In this document: one piece after another, positions 1-14,674 of the stretch
Position numbering within the stretch: the stretch's first letter is position 1
How the letters are laid out: each line of letters opens with the position of its first letter
Notes under the pieces: model-generated
Seen by the model: the letters and a program-made list of their open reading frames with translations, nothing else
Databases searched by the model: none
What the model was told of the DNA's origin: nothing
Made by a program: the position numbers and the translations under genes
Origin: Eledone cirrhosa
Taxonomy: Eukaryota
Direction of reading: 5' to 3'
DNA length: 64,000 nt
Assembly (NCBI GenBank): GCA_964016885.1
Contig: OZ024742.1
Location: forward strand, 369,024,001 to 369,088,000

Positions 1-3000
1 TGGAGGAGGGGGGACAGCAACAGACAAAGCTGGTGTTTTGTATCTCACTAGTTAGTACTTGACCCTGGAGGAGGGGGGGGACAGTAAGACAAAGCTGGTG
101 TTTTGTATCTCACTAGTTAGTACTTAACCCTGGAGGGGGACTGCAACAGACAAAGTTGGTGTTTTGTATCTCACTAGATAGTACTTAACCCTGGAGGAGG
201 GGGACAGCAACAGACAAAGCTGGTGTTTTGTATCTCACTAGTTAGTACTTAACCTTGGAGAAGGGGGTACAACAACAGACAAAGCTGGTGTTTTGTATCT
301 CACGAGTTAGTACTTAACCCTGGAGGAGGGGGGACAGCAAGACAAAGCAGGTGTTTTGTATCTCACTAGTTAGTACTTAACCCTGGAGGGGGACTGCAAC
401 AGACAAAGTTGGTGTTTTGTATCTCACTAGATAGTACTTAACCCTGGAGGAGGGGGACAGCAACAGACAAAGCTGGTGTTTTGTATCTCACTAGTTAGTA
501 TTTAACCTTGGAGAAGGGGGTACAACAACAGACAAAGCTGGTGTTTTGTATCTCACGAGTTAGTACTTAACCCTGCAGGAGGGGGGACAGCAAGACAAAG
601 CAGGTGTTTTATATCTCACGAGTTAGTACTTAACACTGGAGGAGGGGGGACAGCAACAGACAAAGCTGGTGTTTTGTATCTCACTAGTTAGTACTTAACC
701 CTGGAGGAAGGGGACAGCAAGACAAAGCTGGTGTTTTGTATCTCACTAGTTAGTACTTAACCCTGGAGGAGGGGGGACAGCAAGACAAAGCTGGTGTTTT
801 GTATCTCACTAGTTAGTACTTAACCCTGGAGGAGGGGGACAGCAACAGACAAAGCTGGTGTTTTGTATCTCACTAGTTAGTACTTAACCTTGGAGAAGGG
901 GGTACAACAACAGACAAAGCTGGTGTTTTGTATCTCACGAGTTAGTACTTAACCCTGGAGGAGGGGGGACAGCAAGACAAAGCAGGTGTTTTGTATCTCA
1001 CTAGTTAGTACTTAACCCTGGAGGAGGGGGGACAGCAATAGACAAAGCTGGTGTTTTGTATCTCACTAGTTAGTACTTAACCCTGGAGGGGGACAGCAAC
1101 AGACAAAGCTGGTGTTTTGTATCTCACTAGTTAGTACTTAACCCTGGAGGAGCGGGGACAGCAACAGACAAAGCTGGTGTTTTGTATGTCACTAGTTAGT
1201 ACTTAACCCTGGAGGAGCGGGGACAGCAACAGACAAAGCTGGTGTTTTGTATGTCACTAGTTAGTACTTAACACTGGAGGAGCGGGGACAGCAACAGACA
1301 AAGCTGGTGTTTTGTATCTCACTAGTTAGTACTTAACCCTGGAGGAGGGGGGACAGCAATAGACAAAGCTGGTCTTTTGTATCTCACTAGTTAGTACTTA
1401 ACCCTGGAGGGGGACAGCAACAGACAAAGCTGGTGTTTTGTATCTCACTAGTTAGTACTTAAACCTGGAGGAGGGGGCACAGCAACAGACAAAGCTGGTG
1501 TTTTGTATCTCACTAGTTATTACTTAACCCTGGAGGAGGGGGGACAGCAACAGACAAAGCTGGTGTTTTGTATCTCACTAGTTAGTACTTAACCCTGTAG
1601 GAGGGGGACAGCAAGACAAAGCTGGTGTTTTGTATCTCACTAGTTAGTACTTAACCCTGGAGGAGGGGGGACAGCAACAGACATAGCTGGTGGTTTGTAT
1701 CTCACTAGTTAGTACTTAACCCTGGAGGAGAGGGGACAGCAAGACAAAGTTGGTATTTTGTATCTCACTAGTTAGTACTTAACCCTGGAGGAGGGGGGAC
1801 AGCAAGACAAAGCTGGTGTTTTGTATCTCACTAGTTAGTACTTAACCCTGGAGGAGGGGGGACAGCAAGACAAATCTGGTGTTTTGTATCTCACTAGTTA
1901 CTACTTAACCCTGGAGAAGGAGGGGACAGCAAGACAAAGCAGGTGTTTTGTATCTCACGAGTTAGTACTTAACCCTGGTGGAGGGGGACAGCAAGACAAA
2001 GCTGGTGTTTTGTATCTCACTAGTTAGTACTTAACCCTGGAGGGGGACAGCAACAGACAAAGCTGGTGTTTTGTATCTCACTAGTTAGTACTTAACCCTG
2101 GAGGAGGGGGGACAGCAAGACAAATCTGGTGTTTTGTATCTCACTAGTTACTACTTAACCCTGGAGAAGGAGGGGACAGCAAGACAAAGCAGGTGTTTTG
2201 TATCTCACGAGTTAGTACTTAACCCTGGTGGAGGGGGACAGCAAGACAAAGCTGGTGTTTTGTATCTCACTAGTTAGTACTTAACCCTGGAGGAGGGGGG
2301 ACAGCAATAGACAAAGCTGGTGTTTTGTATCTCACTAGTTAGTACTTAACCCTGGAGGGGGACAGCAACAGACAAAGCTGGTGTTTTGTATCTCACTAGT
2401 TAGTACTTAAACCTGGAGGAGCAGGGACAGCAACAGACAAAGCTGGTGTTTTGTATCTCACTAGTTAGTACTTAACCCTGGAGAAGGGGGACAGCAACAG
2501 ACAAAGCTGGTGTTTTGTATCTCACTAGTTAGTACTTAACCCTGGAAGGGGACAGCAACAGACAAAGCTGGTGTTTTGTATCTCACTAGTTAGTACTTAA
2601 CCCTGGAGGAGCGGGGACAGCAACAGACAAAGCTGGTGTTTTGTATGTCACTAGTTAGTACTTAACCCTGGAGGAGGGGGGACAGCAATAGACAAAGCTG
2701 GTGTTTTGTATCTCACTAGTTAGTACTTAACCCTGGAAGGGGACAGCAACAGACATAGCTGGTGTTTTGTATCTCACTAGTTAGTACTTAACCCTGGAGG
2801 AGCGGGGACAGCAACAGACAAAGCTGGTGTTTTGTATGTCACTAGTTAGTACTTAACCCTGGAGGAGCGGGGACAGCAACAGACAAAGCTGGTGTTTTGT
2901 ATGTCACTAGTTAGTACCTAACCCTGGAGGAGCGGGGACAGCAACAGACAAAGCTGGTGTTTTGTATCTCACTAGTTAGTACTTAACCCTGGAGGAGGGG

Positions 3001-6000
3001 GGACAGCAATAGACAAAGCTGGTCTTTTGTATCTCACTAGTTAGTACTTAACCCTGGAGGGGGACAGCAACAGACAAAGCTGGTGTTTTGTATCTCACTA
3101 GTTAGTACTTAAACCTGGAGGAGGGAGCACAGCAACAGACAAAGCTGGTGTTTTGTATCTCACTAGTTATTACTTAACCCTGGAGGAGGGGGGACAGCAA
3201 CAGACAAAGCTGGTGTTTTGTATCTCACTAGTTAGTACTTAACCCTGGAGGAGGGGGGACAGCAAGACAAAGCTGGTGTTTTGTATCTCACTAGTTAGTA
3301 CTTAACCCTGGAGGAGGGGGGACAGCAAGACAAATCTGGTGTTTTGTATCTCACTAGTTAGTACTTAACCCTGTAGGAGGGGGACAGCAAGACAAAGCTG
3401 TTGTCTTGTATCTCACTAGTTAGTACTTAACCCTGGAGGAGGGGGGACAGCAAGACAAAGCTCATGTTTTGTATCTCACTAGTTAGTAGTTAACCCTGGA
3501 GGAGGGGGGACAGCAACAGACAAAGCTGGTGTTTTGTATCTCACTAGTTAGTACTTAACCCTGGAGGAGGGGGGGACAGTAAGACAAAGCTGGTGTTTTG
3601 TATCTCACTAGTTAGTACTTAACCCTGGAGGGGGACTGCAACAGACAAAGTTGGTGTTTTGTATCTCACTAGATAGTACTTAACCCTGGAGGAGGGGGAC
3701 AGCAACAGACAAAGCTGGTGTTTTGTATCTCACTAGTTAGTACTTAACCTTGGAGAAGGGGGTACAACAACAGACAAAGCTGGTGTTTTGTATCTCACGA
3801 GTTAGTACTTAACCCTGGAGGAGGGGGGACAGCAAGACAAAGCAGGTGTTTTGTATCTCACTAGTTAGTACTTAACCCTGGAGGGGGACTGCAACAGACA
3901 AAGTTGGTGTTTTGTATCTCACTAGATAGTACTTAACCCTGGAGGAGGGGGGACAGCAACAGACAAAGTTGGTGTTTTGTATCTCACGAGTTAGTACTTA
4001 ACCCTGGAGGAGGGGGGACAGCAAGACAAAGCAGGTGTTTTGTATCTCACTAGTTAGTACTTAACCCTGGAGGGGGACTGCAACAGACAAAGTTGGTGTT
4101 TTGTATCTCACTAGATAGTACTTAACCCTGGAGGAGGGGGACAGCAACAGACAAAGCTGGTGTTTTGTATCTCACTAGTTAGTACTTAACCTTGGAGAAG
4201 GGGGTAAAACAACAGACAAAGCTGGTGTTTTGTATCTCACGAGTTAGTACTTAACCCTGCAGGAGGGGGGACAGCAAGACAAAGCAGGTGTTTTATATCT
4301 CACGAGTTAGTACTTAACACTGGAGGAGGGGGGACAGCAACAGACAAAGCTGGTGTTTTGTATCTCACTAGTTAGTACTTAACCCTGGAGGAAGGGGACA
4401 GCAAGACAAAGCTGGTGTTTTGTATCTCACTAGTTAGTACTTAACCCTGGAGGAGGGGGGACAGCAAGACAAAGCTGGTGTTTTGTATCTCACTAGTTAG
4501 TACTTAACCCTGGAGGAGGGGGACAGCAACAGACAAAGCTGGTGTTTTGTATCTCACTAGTTAGTACTTAACCTTGGAGAAGGGGGTACAACAACAGACA
4601 AAGCTGGTGTTTTGTATCTCACGAGTTAGTACTTAACCCGGGAGGAGGGGGGACAGCAAGACAAAGCAGGTGTTTTGTATCTCACTAGTTAGTACTTAAC
4701 CCTGGAGGAGGGGGGACAGCAATAGACAAAGCTGGTGTTTTGTATCTCACTAGTTAGTACTTAACCCTGGAGGGGGACAGCAACAGACAAAGCTGGTGTT
4801 TTGTATCTCACTAGTTAGTACTTAACCCTGGAGGAGCGGGGACAGCAACAGACAAAGCTGGTGTTTTGTATGTCACTAGTTAGTACTTAACCCTGGAGGA
4901 GCGGGGACAGCAACAGACAAAGCTGGTGTTTTGTATGTCACTAGTTAGTACTTAACACTGGAGGAGCGGGGACAGCAACAGACAAAGCTGGTGTTTTGTA
5001 TCTCACTAGTTAGTACTTAACCCTGGAGGAGGGGGGACAGCAATAGACAAAGCAGGTCTTTTGTATCTCACTAGTTAGTACTTAACCCTGGAGGGGGACA
5101 GCAACAGACAAAGCTGGTGTTTTGTATCTCACTAGTTAGTACTTAAACCTGGAGGAGGGGGCACAGCAACAGACAAAGCTGGTGTTTTGTATCTCACTAG
5201 TTATTACTTAACCCTGGAGGAGGGGGGACAGCAACAGACAAAGCTGGTGTTTTGTATCTCACTAGTTAGTACTTAACCCTGTAGGAGGGGGACAGCAAGA
5301 CAAAGCTGGTGTTTTGTATCTCACTAGTTAGTACTTAACCCTGGAGGAGGGGGGACAGCAACAGACATAGCTGGTGGTTTGTATCTCACTAGTTAGTACT
5401 TAACCCTGGAGGAGAGGGGACAGCAAGACAAAGTTGGTATTTTGTATCTCACTAGTTAGTACTTAACCCTGGAGGAGGGGGGACAGCAAGACAAAGCTGG
5501 TGTTTTGTATCTCACTAGTTAGTACTTAACCCTGGAGGAGGGGGGACAGCAAGACAAATCTGGTGTTTTGTATCTCACTAGTTACTACTTAACCCTGGAG
5601 AAGGAGGGGACAGCAAGACAAAGCAGGTGTTTTGTATCTCACGAGTTAGTACTTAACCCTGGTGGAGGGGGACAGCAAGACAAAGCTGGTGTTTTGTATC
5701 TCACTAGTTAGTACTTAACCCTGGAGGGGGACAGCAACAGACAAAGCTGGTGTTTTGTATCTCACTAGTTAGTACTTAACCCTGGAGGAGGGGGGACAGC
5801 AAGACAAATCTGGTGTTTTGTATCTCACTAGTTACTACTTAACCCTGGAGAAGGAGGGGACAGCAAGACAAAGCAGGTGTTTTGTATCTCACGAGTTAGT
5901 ACTTAACCCTGGTGGAGGGGGACAGCAAGACAAAGCTGGTGTTTTGTATCTCACTAGTTAGTACTTAACCCTGGAGGAGGGGGGACAGCAAGACAAATCT

Positions 6001-9000
6001 GGTGTTTTGTATCTCACTAGTTACTACTTAACCCTGGAGAAGGAGGGGACAGCAAGACAAAGCAGGTGTTTTGTATCTCACGAGTTAGTACTTAACCCTG
6101 GTGGAGGGGGACAGCAAGACAAAGCTGGTGTTTTGTATCTCACTAGTTAGTACTTAACCCTGGAGGAGGGGGGACAGCAAGACAAATCTGGTGTTTTGTA
6201 TCTCACTAGTTACTACTTAACCCTGGAGAAGGAGGGGACAGCAAGACAAAGCAGGTGTTTTGTATCTCACTAGTTAGTACTTAACCCTGGAGGGGGACAG
6301 CAACAGACAAAGCTGGTGTTTTGTATCTCACTAGTTAGTACTTAACCCTGGAGGAGGGGGGACAGCAAGACAAATCTGGTGTTTTGTATCTCACTAGTTA
6401 CTACTTAACCCTGGAGAAGGAGGGGACAGCAAGACAAAGCAGGTGTTTTGTATCTCACGAGTTAGTACTTAACCCTGGTGGAGGGGGACAGCAAGACAAA
6501 GCTGGTGTTTTGTATCTCACTAGTTAGTACTTAACCCTGGAGGGGGACAGCAACAGACAAAGCTGGTGTTTTGTATCTCACGAGTTAGTACTTAACCCTG
6601 GAGGAGGGGGGACAGCAAGACAAAGCTGGTGTTTTGTATCTCACTAGTTAGTACTTAACCCTGGAGGAGGGGGGACAGCAAGACAAAGCTGTTGTTTTGT
6701 ATCTCACTAGTTAGTACTTAACCCTGGAGTAGGGGGACAGCAACAGACAAAGCTGGTGTTTTGTATCTTACTAGTTAGTACTTAACCCTGGAGGGGGACA
6801 GCAACAGACAAAGCTGGTGTTTTGTATGTCACTAGTTAGTACTTAACCCTGGAGGAGAGGGGACAGTAAGACAAAGCTGGTGTTTTGTATCTCACTAGTT
6901 AGTACTTAACCCTGGAGGAGCGGGGACAGCAACAGACAAAGCTGGTGTTTTGTATCTCACTAGTTAGTACTTAACCCTGGAGGAGCGGGGACAGCAACAG
7001 ACAAAGCTGGTGTTTTGTATCTCACTAGTTAGTACTTAACCCTGGAGGAGCGGGGACAGCAACAGACAAAGCTGGTGTTTTGTATCTCACTAGTTAGTAC
7101 TTAACCCTGGGGGAGGGGGGACAGCAAGACAAAGCTGGTGTTTTGTATGTCACTAGTTAGTACTTAACCCTGGAGGAGCGGGGACAGCAACAGACAAAGT
7201 TGGTGTTTTGTATGTCACTAGTTAGTACTTAACTCTGGAGGAGGGGGGACAGCAATAGACAAAGCTGGTGTTTTGTATCTCACTAGTTAGTACTTAACCC
7301 TGGAGGGGGACAGCAACAGACAAAGCTGGTGTTTTGTATCTCACTAGTTAGTACTTAAACCTGGAGGAAGGGGGACAGCAACAGACAAAGCTGGTGTTTT
7401 GTATCTCACTAGTTAGTACTTAACCCTGGAGGAGGGGGGACAGCATCAGACAAAGCTGGTGTTTTGTATCTCACTAGTTAGTACTTAACCCTGTAGGAGG
7501 GGGACAGCAAGACAAAGCTGGTGTTTTGTATCTCACTAGTTAGTACTTAACCCTGGAGGGGGGACAGCAACGGACATAGCTGGTGTTTTGTATCTCACTA
7601 GTTAGTACTTAACCCTGGAGGAGAGGGGACAGCAAGACAAAGCTGGTGTTTTGTATCTCACTAGTTAGTACTTAACCCTGGAGGAGGGGGGACAGCAAGA
7701 CAAAGCTGGTGTTTTGTAACTCACTAGTTAGTACTTAACCCTGGAGGAGGGGGGACAGCAAGACAAATCTGGTGTTTTGTATCTCAATATTTAGTACTTA
7801 ACCCTGGAGGAGCGGGGACAGCAACAGACAAAGCTGGTGTTTTGTATGTCACTAGTTAGTACTTAACCCTGGGGGAGGGGGGACAGCAAGACAAAGCTGG
7901 TGTTTTGTATCTCACTAGTTAGTACTTAACCCTGGAGGAGCGGGGACAGCAACAGACAAAGCTGGTGTTTTGTATGTCACTAGTTAGTACTTAACCCTGA
8001 AGGAGGGGGACAGCAACAGACAGAGCTGGTGTTTTGTATCTCACTAGTTAGTACTTAACCCTGGAGGAGGCGACAGCAAGACAAAGCAGGTGTTTTGTAT
8101 CTCACGAGTTAGTACTTAACCCTGGGGGAGGGGGGACAGCAAGACAAAGCAGGTGTTTTGTATCTCACTAGTTAGTACTTAACCCTGGGGGAGGGGGGAC
8201 AGCAACAGACAAAGCTGGTGTTTTGTATGTCACTAGTTAGTACTTAACCCTGGAGGAGCGGGGACAGCAACAGACAAAGCTGGTGTTTTGTATGTCACTA
8301 GTTAGTACTTAACCCTGGGGGAGGGGGGACAGCAAGACAAAGCTGGTGTTTTCTATCTCACTAGTTAGTACTTAACCCTGGAGGAGCGGGGACAGAAACA
8401 GACAAAGCTGGTGTTTTGTATGTCACTAGTTAGTACTTAACCCTGGAGGAGGGGGGACAGCATTAGACAAAGCTGGTGTTTTGTATCTCACTAGTTAGTA
8501 CTTAACCCTGGAGGGGGACAGCAACAGACAAAGCTGGTGTTTTGTATCTCACTAGTTAGTACTTAAACCTGGAGGAGCGGGGACAGCAACAGACAAAGCT
8601 GGTGTTTTGTATCTCACTAGTTAGTACTTAACCCTGGAGGAGGGGGGACAGCAACAGACAAAGCTGGTGTTTTGTATGTCACTAGTTAGTACTTAACCCT
8701 GGTGGAGCGGGGACAGCAACCGACAAAGCTGGTGTTTTGTATGTCACTAGTTAGTACTTAACCCTGGAGGAGGGGGGACAGCAATAGACAAAGCTGGTGT
8801 TTTGTATCTCACTAGTTAGTACTTAACCCTGGAGGGGGACAGCAACAGACAAAGCTGGTGTTTTGTATCTCACTAGTTAGTACTTAAACCTGGAGGAGGG
8901 GGGACAGCAACAGACAAAGCTGGTGTTTTGTATCTCACTAGTTAGTACTTAACCCTGGAGGAGGGGGGACAGCAACAGACATAACTGGTGTTTTGTATCT

Positions 9001-12000
9001 CACTAGTTAGTACTTAACCCTGGAGGAGAGGGGACAGCAAGACAAAGCTGGTGTTTTGTATCTCACTAGTTAGTACTTAACCCTGGAGGAGGTGGGACAG
9101 CAAGACAAAGCTGGTGTTTTGTATCTCACTAGTTAGTACTTAACCTTGGAGAGGGGACAGCAAGACAAATCTGGTGTTTTGTATCTCACTAGTTAGTACT
9201 TAACCCTGTAGGGGGGGGGACAGCAAGACAAGGCTGGTGTCTTGTATCTCACTAGTTAGTACTTAACCCTGGAGGAGGGGGGACAGCAAGACAAAGCTGA
9301 TGTTTTGTATCTCACTAGTTAGTAGTTAACGCTGGAGGAGGGGGGACAGCAAGACAAAGCTGGTGTTTTGTATCTCACTGGTTAGTACTTAACCCCGGAG
9401 GAGAGGGACAGCAACAGGCAAAGCTGGTGTTTTGTATCTTACTAGTTAGTACTTAACTCTGGAGGAGGGGGACAGCAACAGACAAAGCTGGTGTTTTGTA
9501 TCTCACTAGTTAGTACTTAACCCTGGAGGAGGGGGGACAGCAACAGACAAAGCTGGTGATTTGTATCTCACTAGTTAGTACTTAACCCTGGAGGAGGGGG
9601 GACAGCAAGACAAAGCTGGTGTTTTGTATCTCACTAGTTAGTACTTAACCTTGGAGAAGGGAGGACAGCAAGACAAAGCTGGTGTTTTGTATCTCACTAG
9701 TTAGTACTTAACCCTGGAGGAGCGGGGACAGCAACAGACAAAGCTGGTGTTTTGTATGTCACTAGTTAGTACTTAACACTGGAGGAGCGGGGACAGCAAC
9801 AGACAAAGCTGGTGTTTTGTATCTCACTAGTTAGTACTTAACCCTGGAGGAGGGGGGACAGCAATAGACAAAGCAGGTCTTTTGTATCTCACTAGTTAGT
9901 ACTTAACCCTGGAGGGGGACAGCAACAGACAAAGCTGGTGTTTTGTATCTCACTAGTTAGTACTTAAACCTGGAGGAGGGGGCACAGCAACAGACAAAGC
10001 TGGTGTTTTGTATCTCACTAGTTATTACTTAACCCTGGAGGAGGGGGGACAGCAACAGACAAAGCTGGTGTTTTGTATCTCACTAGTTAGTACTTAACCC
10101 TGTAGGAGGGGGACAGCAAGACAAAGCTGGTGTTTTGTATCTCACTAGTTAGTACTTAACCCTGGAGGAGGGGGGACAGCAACAGACATAGCTGGTGGTT
10201 TGTATCTCACTAGTTAGTACTTAACCCTGGAGGAGAGGGGACAGCAAGACAAAGTTGGTATTTTGTATCTCACTAGTTAGTACTTAACCCTGGAGGAGGG
10301 GGGACAGCAAGACAAAGCTGGTGTTTTGTATCTCACTAGTTAGTACTTAACCCTGGAGGAGGGGGGACAGCAAGACAAATCTGGTGTTTTGTATCTCACT
10401 AGTTACTACTTAACCCTGGAGAAGGAGGGGACAGCAAGACAAAGCAGGTGTTTTGTATCTCACGAGTTAGTACTTAACCCTGGTGGAGGGGGACAGCAAG
10501 ACAAAGCTGGTGTTTTGTATCTCACTAGTTAGTACTTAACCCTGGAGGGGGACAGCAACAGACAAAGCTGGTGTTTTGTATCTCACTAGTTAGTACTTAA
10601 CCCTGGAGGAGGGGGGACAGCAAGACAAATCTGGTGTTTTGTATCTCACTAGTTACTACTTAACCCTGGAGAAGGAGGGGACAGCAAGACAAAGCAGGTG
10701 TTTTGTATCTCACGAGTTAGTACTTAACCCTGGTGGAGGGGGACAGCAAGACAAAGCTGGTGTTTTGTATCTCACTAGTTAGTACTTAACCCTGGAGGAG
10801 GGGGGACAGCAAGACAAATCTGGTGTTTTGTATCTCACTAGTTACTACTTAACCCTGGAGAAGGAGGGGACAGCAAGACAAAGCAGGTGTTTTGTATCTC
10901 ACGAGTTAGTACTTAACCCTGGTGGAGGGGGACAGCAAGACAAAGCTGGTGTTTTGTATCTCACTAGTTAGTACTTAACCCTGGAGGAGGGGGGACAGCA
11001 AGACAAATCTGGTGTTTTGTATCTCACTAGTTACTACTTAACCCTGGAGAAGGAGGGGACAGCAAGACAAAGCAGGTGTTTTGTATCTCACTAGTTAGTA
11101 CTTAACCCTGGAGGGGGACAGCAACAGACAAAGCTGGTGTTTTGTATCTCACTAGTTAGTACTTAACCCTGGAGGAGGGGGGACAGCAAGACAAATCTGG
11201 TGTTTTGTATCTCACTAGTTACTACTTAACCCTGGAGAAGGAGGGGACAGCAAGACAAAGCAGGTGTTTTGTATCTCACGAGTTAGTACTTAACCCTGGT
11301 GGAGGGGGACAGCAAGACAAAGCTGGTGTTTTGTATCTCACTAGTTAGTACTTAACCCTGGAGGGGGACAGCAACAGACAAAGCTGGTGTTTTGTATCTC
11401 ACGAGTTAGTACTTAACCCTGGAGGAGGGGGGACAGCAAGACAAAGCTGGTGTTTTGTATCTCACTAGTTAGTACTTAACCCTGGAGGAGGGGGGACAGC
11501 AAGACAAAGCTGTTGTTTTGTATCTCACTAGTTAGTACTTAACCCTGGAGTAGGGGGACAGCAACAGACAAAGCTGGTGTTTTGTATCTTACTAGTTAGT
11601 ACTTAACCCTGGAGGGGGACAGCAACAGACAAAGCTGGTGTTTTGTATGTCACTAGTTAGTACTTAACCCTGGAGGAGAGGGGACAGTAAGACAAAGCTG
11701 GTGTTTTGTATCTCACTAGTTAGTACTTAACCCTGGAGGAGCGGGGACAGCAACAGACAAAGCTGGTGTTTTGTATCTCACTAGTTAGTACTTAACCCTG
11801 GAGGAGCGGGGACAGCAACAGACAAAGCTGGTGTTTTGTATCTCACTAGTTAGTACTTAACCCTGGAGGAGCGGGGACAGCAACAGACAAAGCTGGTGTT
11901 TTGTATCTCACTAGTTAGTACTTAACCCTGGGGGAGGGGGGACAGCAAGACAAAGCTGGTGTTTTGTATGTCACTAGTTAGTACTTAACCCTGGAGGAGC

Positions 12001-14576
12001 GGGGACAGCAACAGACAAAGTTGGTGTTTTGTATGTCACTAGTTAGTACTTAACTCTGGAGGAGGGGGGACAGCAATAGACAAAGCTGGTGTTTTGTATC
12101 TCACTAGTTAGTACTTAACCCTGGAGGGGGACAGCAACAGACAAAGCTGGTGTTTTGTATCTCACTAGTTAGTACTTAAACCTGGAGGAAGGGGGACAGC
12201 AACAGACAAAGCTGGTGTTTTGTATCTCACTAGTTAGTACTTAACCCTGGAGGAGGGGGGACAGCATCAGACAAAGCTGGTGTTTTGTATCTCACTAGTT
12301 AGTACTTAACCCTGTAGGAGGGGGACAGCAAGACAAAGCTGGTGTTTTGTATCTCACTAGTTAGTACTTAACCCTGGAGGGGGGACAGCAACGGACATAG
12401 CTGGTGTTTTGTATCTCACTAGTTAGTACTTAACCCTGGAGGAGAGGGGACAGCAAGACAAAGCTGGTGTTTTGTATCTCACTAGTTAGTACTTAACCCT
12501 GGAGGAGGGGGGACAGCAAGACAAAGCTGGTGTTTTGTAACTCACTAGTTAGTACTTAACCCTGGAGGAGGGGGGACAGCAAGACAAATCTGGTGTTTTG
12601 TATCTCAATATTTAGTACTTAACCCTGGAGGAGCGGGGACAGCAACAGACAAAGCTGGTGTTTTGTATGTCACTAGTTAGTACTTAACCCTGGGGGAGGG
12701 GGGACAGCAAGACAAAGCTGGTGTTTTGTATCTCACTAGTTAGTACTTAACCCTGGAGGAGCGGGGACAGCAACAGACAAAGCTGGTGTTTTGTATGTCA
12801 CTAGTTAGTACTTAACCCTGAAGGAGGGGGACAGCAACAGACAGAGCTGGTGTTTTGTATCTCACTAGTTAGTACTTAACCCTGGAGGAGGCGACAGCAA
12901 GACAAAGCAGGTGTTTTGTATCTCACGAGTTAGTACTTAACCCTGGGGGAGGGGGGACAGCAAGACAAAGCAGGTGTTTTGTATCTCACTAGTTAGTACT
13001 TAACCCTGGGGGAGGGGGGACAGCAACAGACAAAGCTGGTGTTTTGTATGTCACTAGTTAGTACTTAACCCTGGAGGAGCGGGGACAGCAACAGACAAAG
13101 CTGGTGTTTTGTATGTCACTAGTTAGTACTTAACCCTGGGGGAGGGGGGACAGCAAGACAAAGCTGGTGTTTTCTATCTCACTAGTTAGTACTTAACCCT
13201 GGAGGAGCGGGGACAGAAACAGACAAAGCTGGTGTTTTGTATGTCACTAGTTAGTACTTAACCCTGGAGGAGGGGGGACAGCATTAGACAAAGCTGGTGT
13301 TTTGTATCTCACTAGTTAGTACTTAACCCTGGAGGGGGACAGCAACAGACAAAGCTGGTGTTTTGTATCTCACTAGTTAGTACTTAAACCTGGAGGAGCG
13401 GGGACAGCAACAGACAAAGCTGGTGTTTTGTATCTCACTAGTTAGTACTTAACCCTGGAGGAGGGGGGACAGCAACAGACAAAGCTGGTGTTTTGTATGT
13501 CACTAGTTAGTACTTAACCCTGGTGGAGCGGGGACAGCAACCGACAAAGCTGGTGTTTTGTATGTCACTAGTTAGTACTTAACCCTGGAGGAGGGGGGAC
13601 AGCAATAGACAAAGCTGGTGTTTTGTATCTCACTAGTTAGTACTTAACCCTGGAGGGGGACAGCAACAGACAAAGCTGGTGTTTTGTATCTCACTAGTTA
13701 GTACTTAAACCTGGAGGAGGGGGGACAGCAACAGACAAAGCTGGTGTTTTGTATCTCACTAGTTAGTACTTAACCCTGGAGGAGGGGGGACAGCAACAGA
13801 CATAACTGGTGTTTTGTATCTCACTAGTTAGTACTTAACCCTGGAGGAGAGGGGACAGCAAGACAAAGCTGGTGTTTTGTATCTCACTAGTTAGTACTTA
13901 ACCCTGGAGGAGGTGGGACAGCAAGACAAAGCTGGTGTTTTGTATCTCACTAGTTAGTACTTAACCTTGGAGAGGGGACAGCAAGACAAATCTGGTGTTT
14001 TGTATCTCACTAGTTAGTACTTAACCCTGTAGGGGGGGGGACAGCAAGACAAGGCTGGTGTCTTGTATCTCACTAGTTAGTACTTAACCCTGGAGGAGGG
14101 GGGACAGCAAGACAAAGCTGATGTTTTGTATCTCACTAGTTAGTAGTTAACGCTGGAGGAGGGGGGACAGCAAGACAAAGCTGGTGTTTTGTATCTCACT
14201 GGTTAGTACTTAACCCCGGAGGAGAGGGACAGCAACAGGCAAAGCTGGTGTTTTGTATCTTACTAGTTAGTACTTAACTCTGGAGGAGGGGGACAGCAAC
14301 AGACAAAGCTGGTGTTTTGTATCTCACTAGTTAGTACTTAACCCTGGAGGAGGGGGGACAGCAACAGACAAAGCTGGTGATTTGTATCTCACTAGTTAGT
14401 ACTTAACCCTGGAGGAGGGGGGACAGCAAGACAAAGCTGGTGTTTTGTATCTCACTAGTTAGTACTTAACCTTGGAGAAGGGAGGACAGCAAGACAAAGC
14501 TGGTGTTTTGTATCTCACTAGTTAGTACTTAACCTTGGAGAAGGGGGGACAGCAAGACAAAGCTGGTGTTTTGTAT
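1..14576. repeat. Satellite array, 61-65 bp unit (~230 copies), runs off the left window edge
   Basis: Consensus TGGAGGAGGGGGGACAGCAA(CA)GACAAAGCTGGTGTTTTGTATCTCACTAGTTAGTACTTAACCC repeats continuously. Length variation is concentrated in the G-run and the CA indel. Confidence 0.98.
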
Positions 14577-14674
14577 TGAAAACAAAAAACTAAGGAAATC
14601 AAATACTGTAAAACAAACAGAAATAGATATACTGCTATTACTGAGGAATGATAGTCACAATAACAATACAGTCC

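Noticed and set aside
1-14576. CRISPR-like array (constant repeat plus variable segment)
   Set aside because: The variable part is only G-run slippage variants, not unique spacers. There are no cas genes and the context is eukaryotic.
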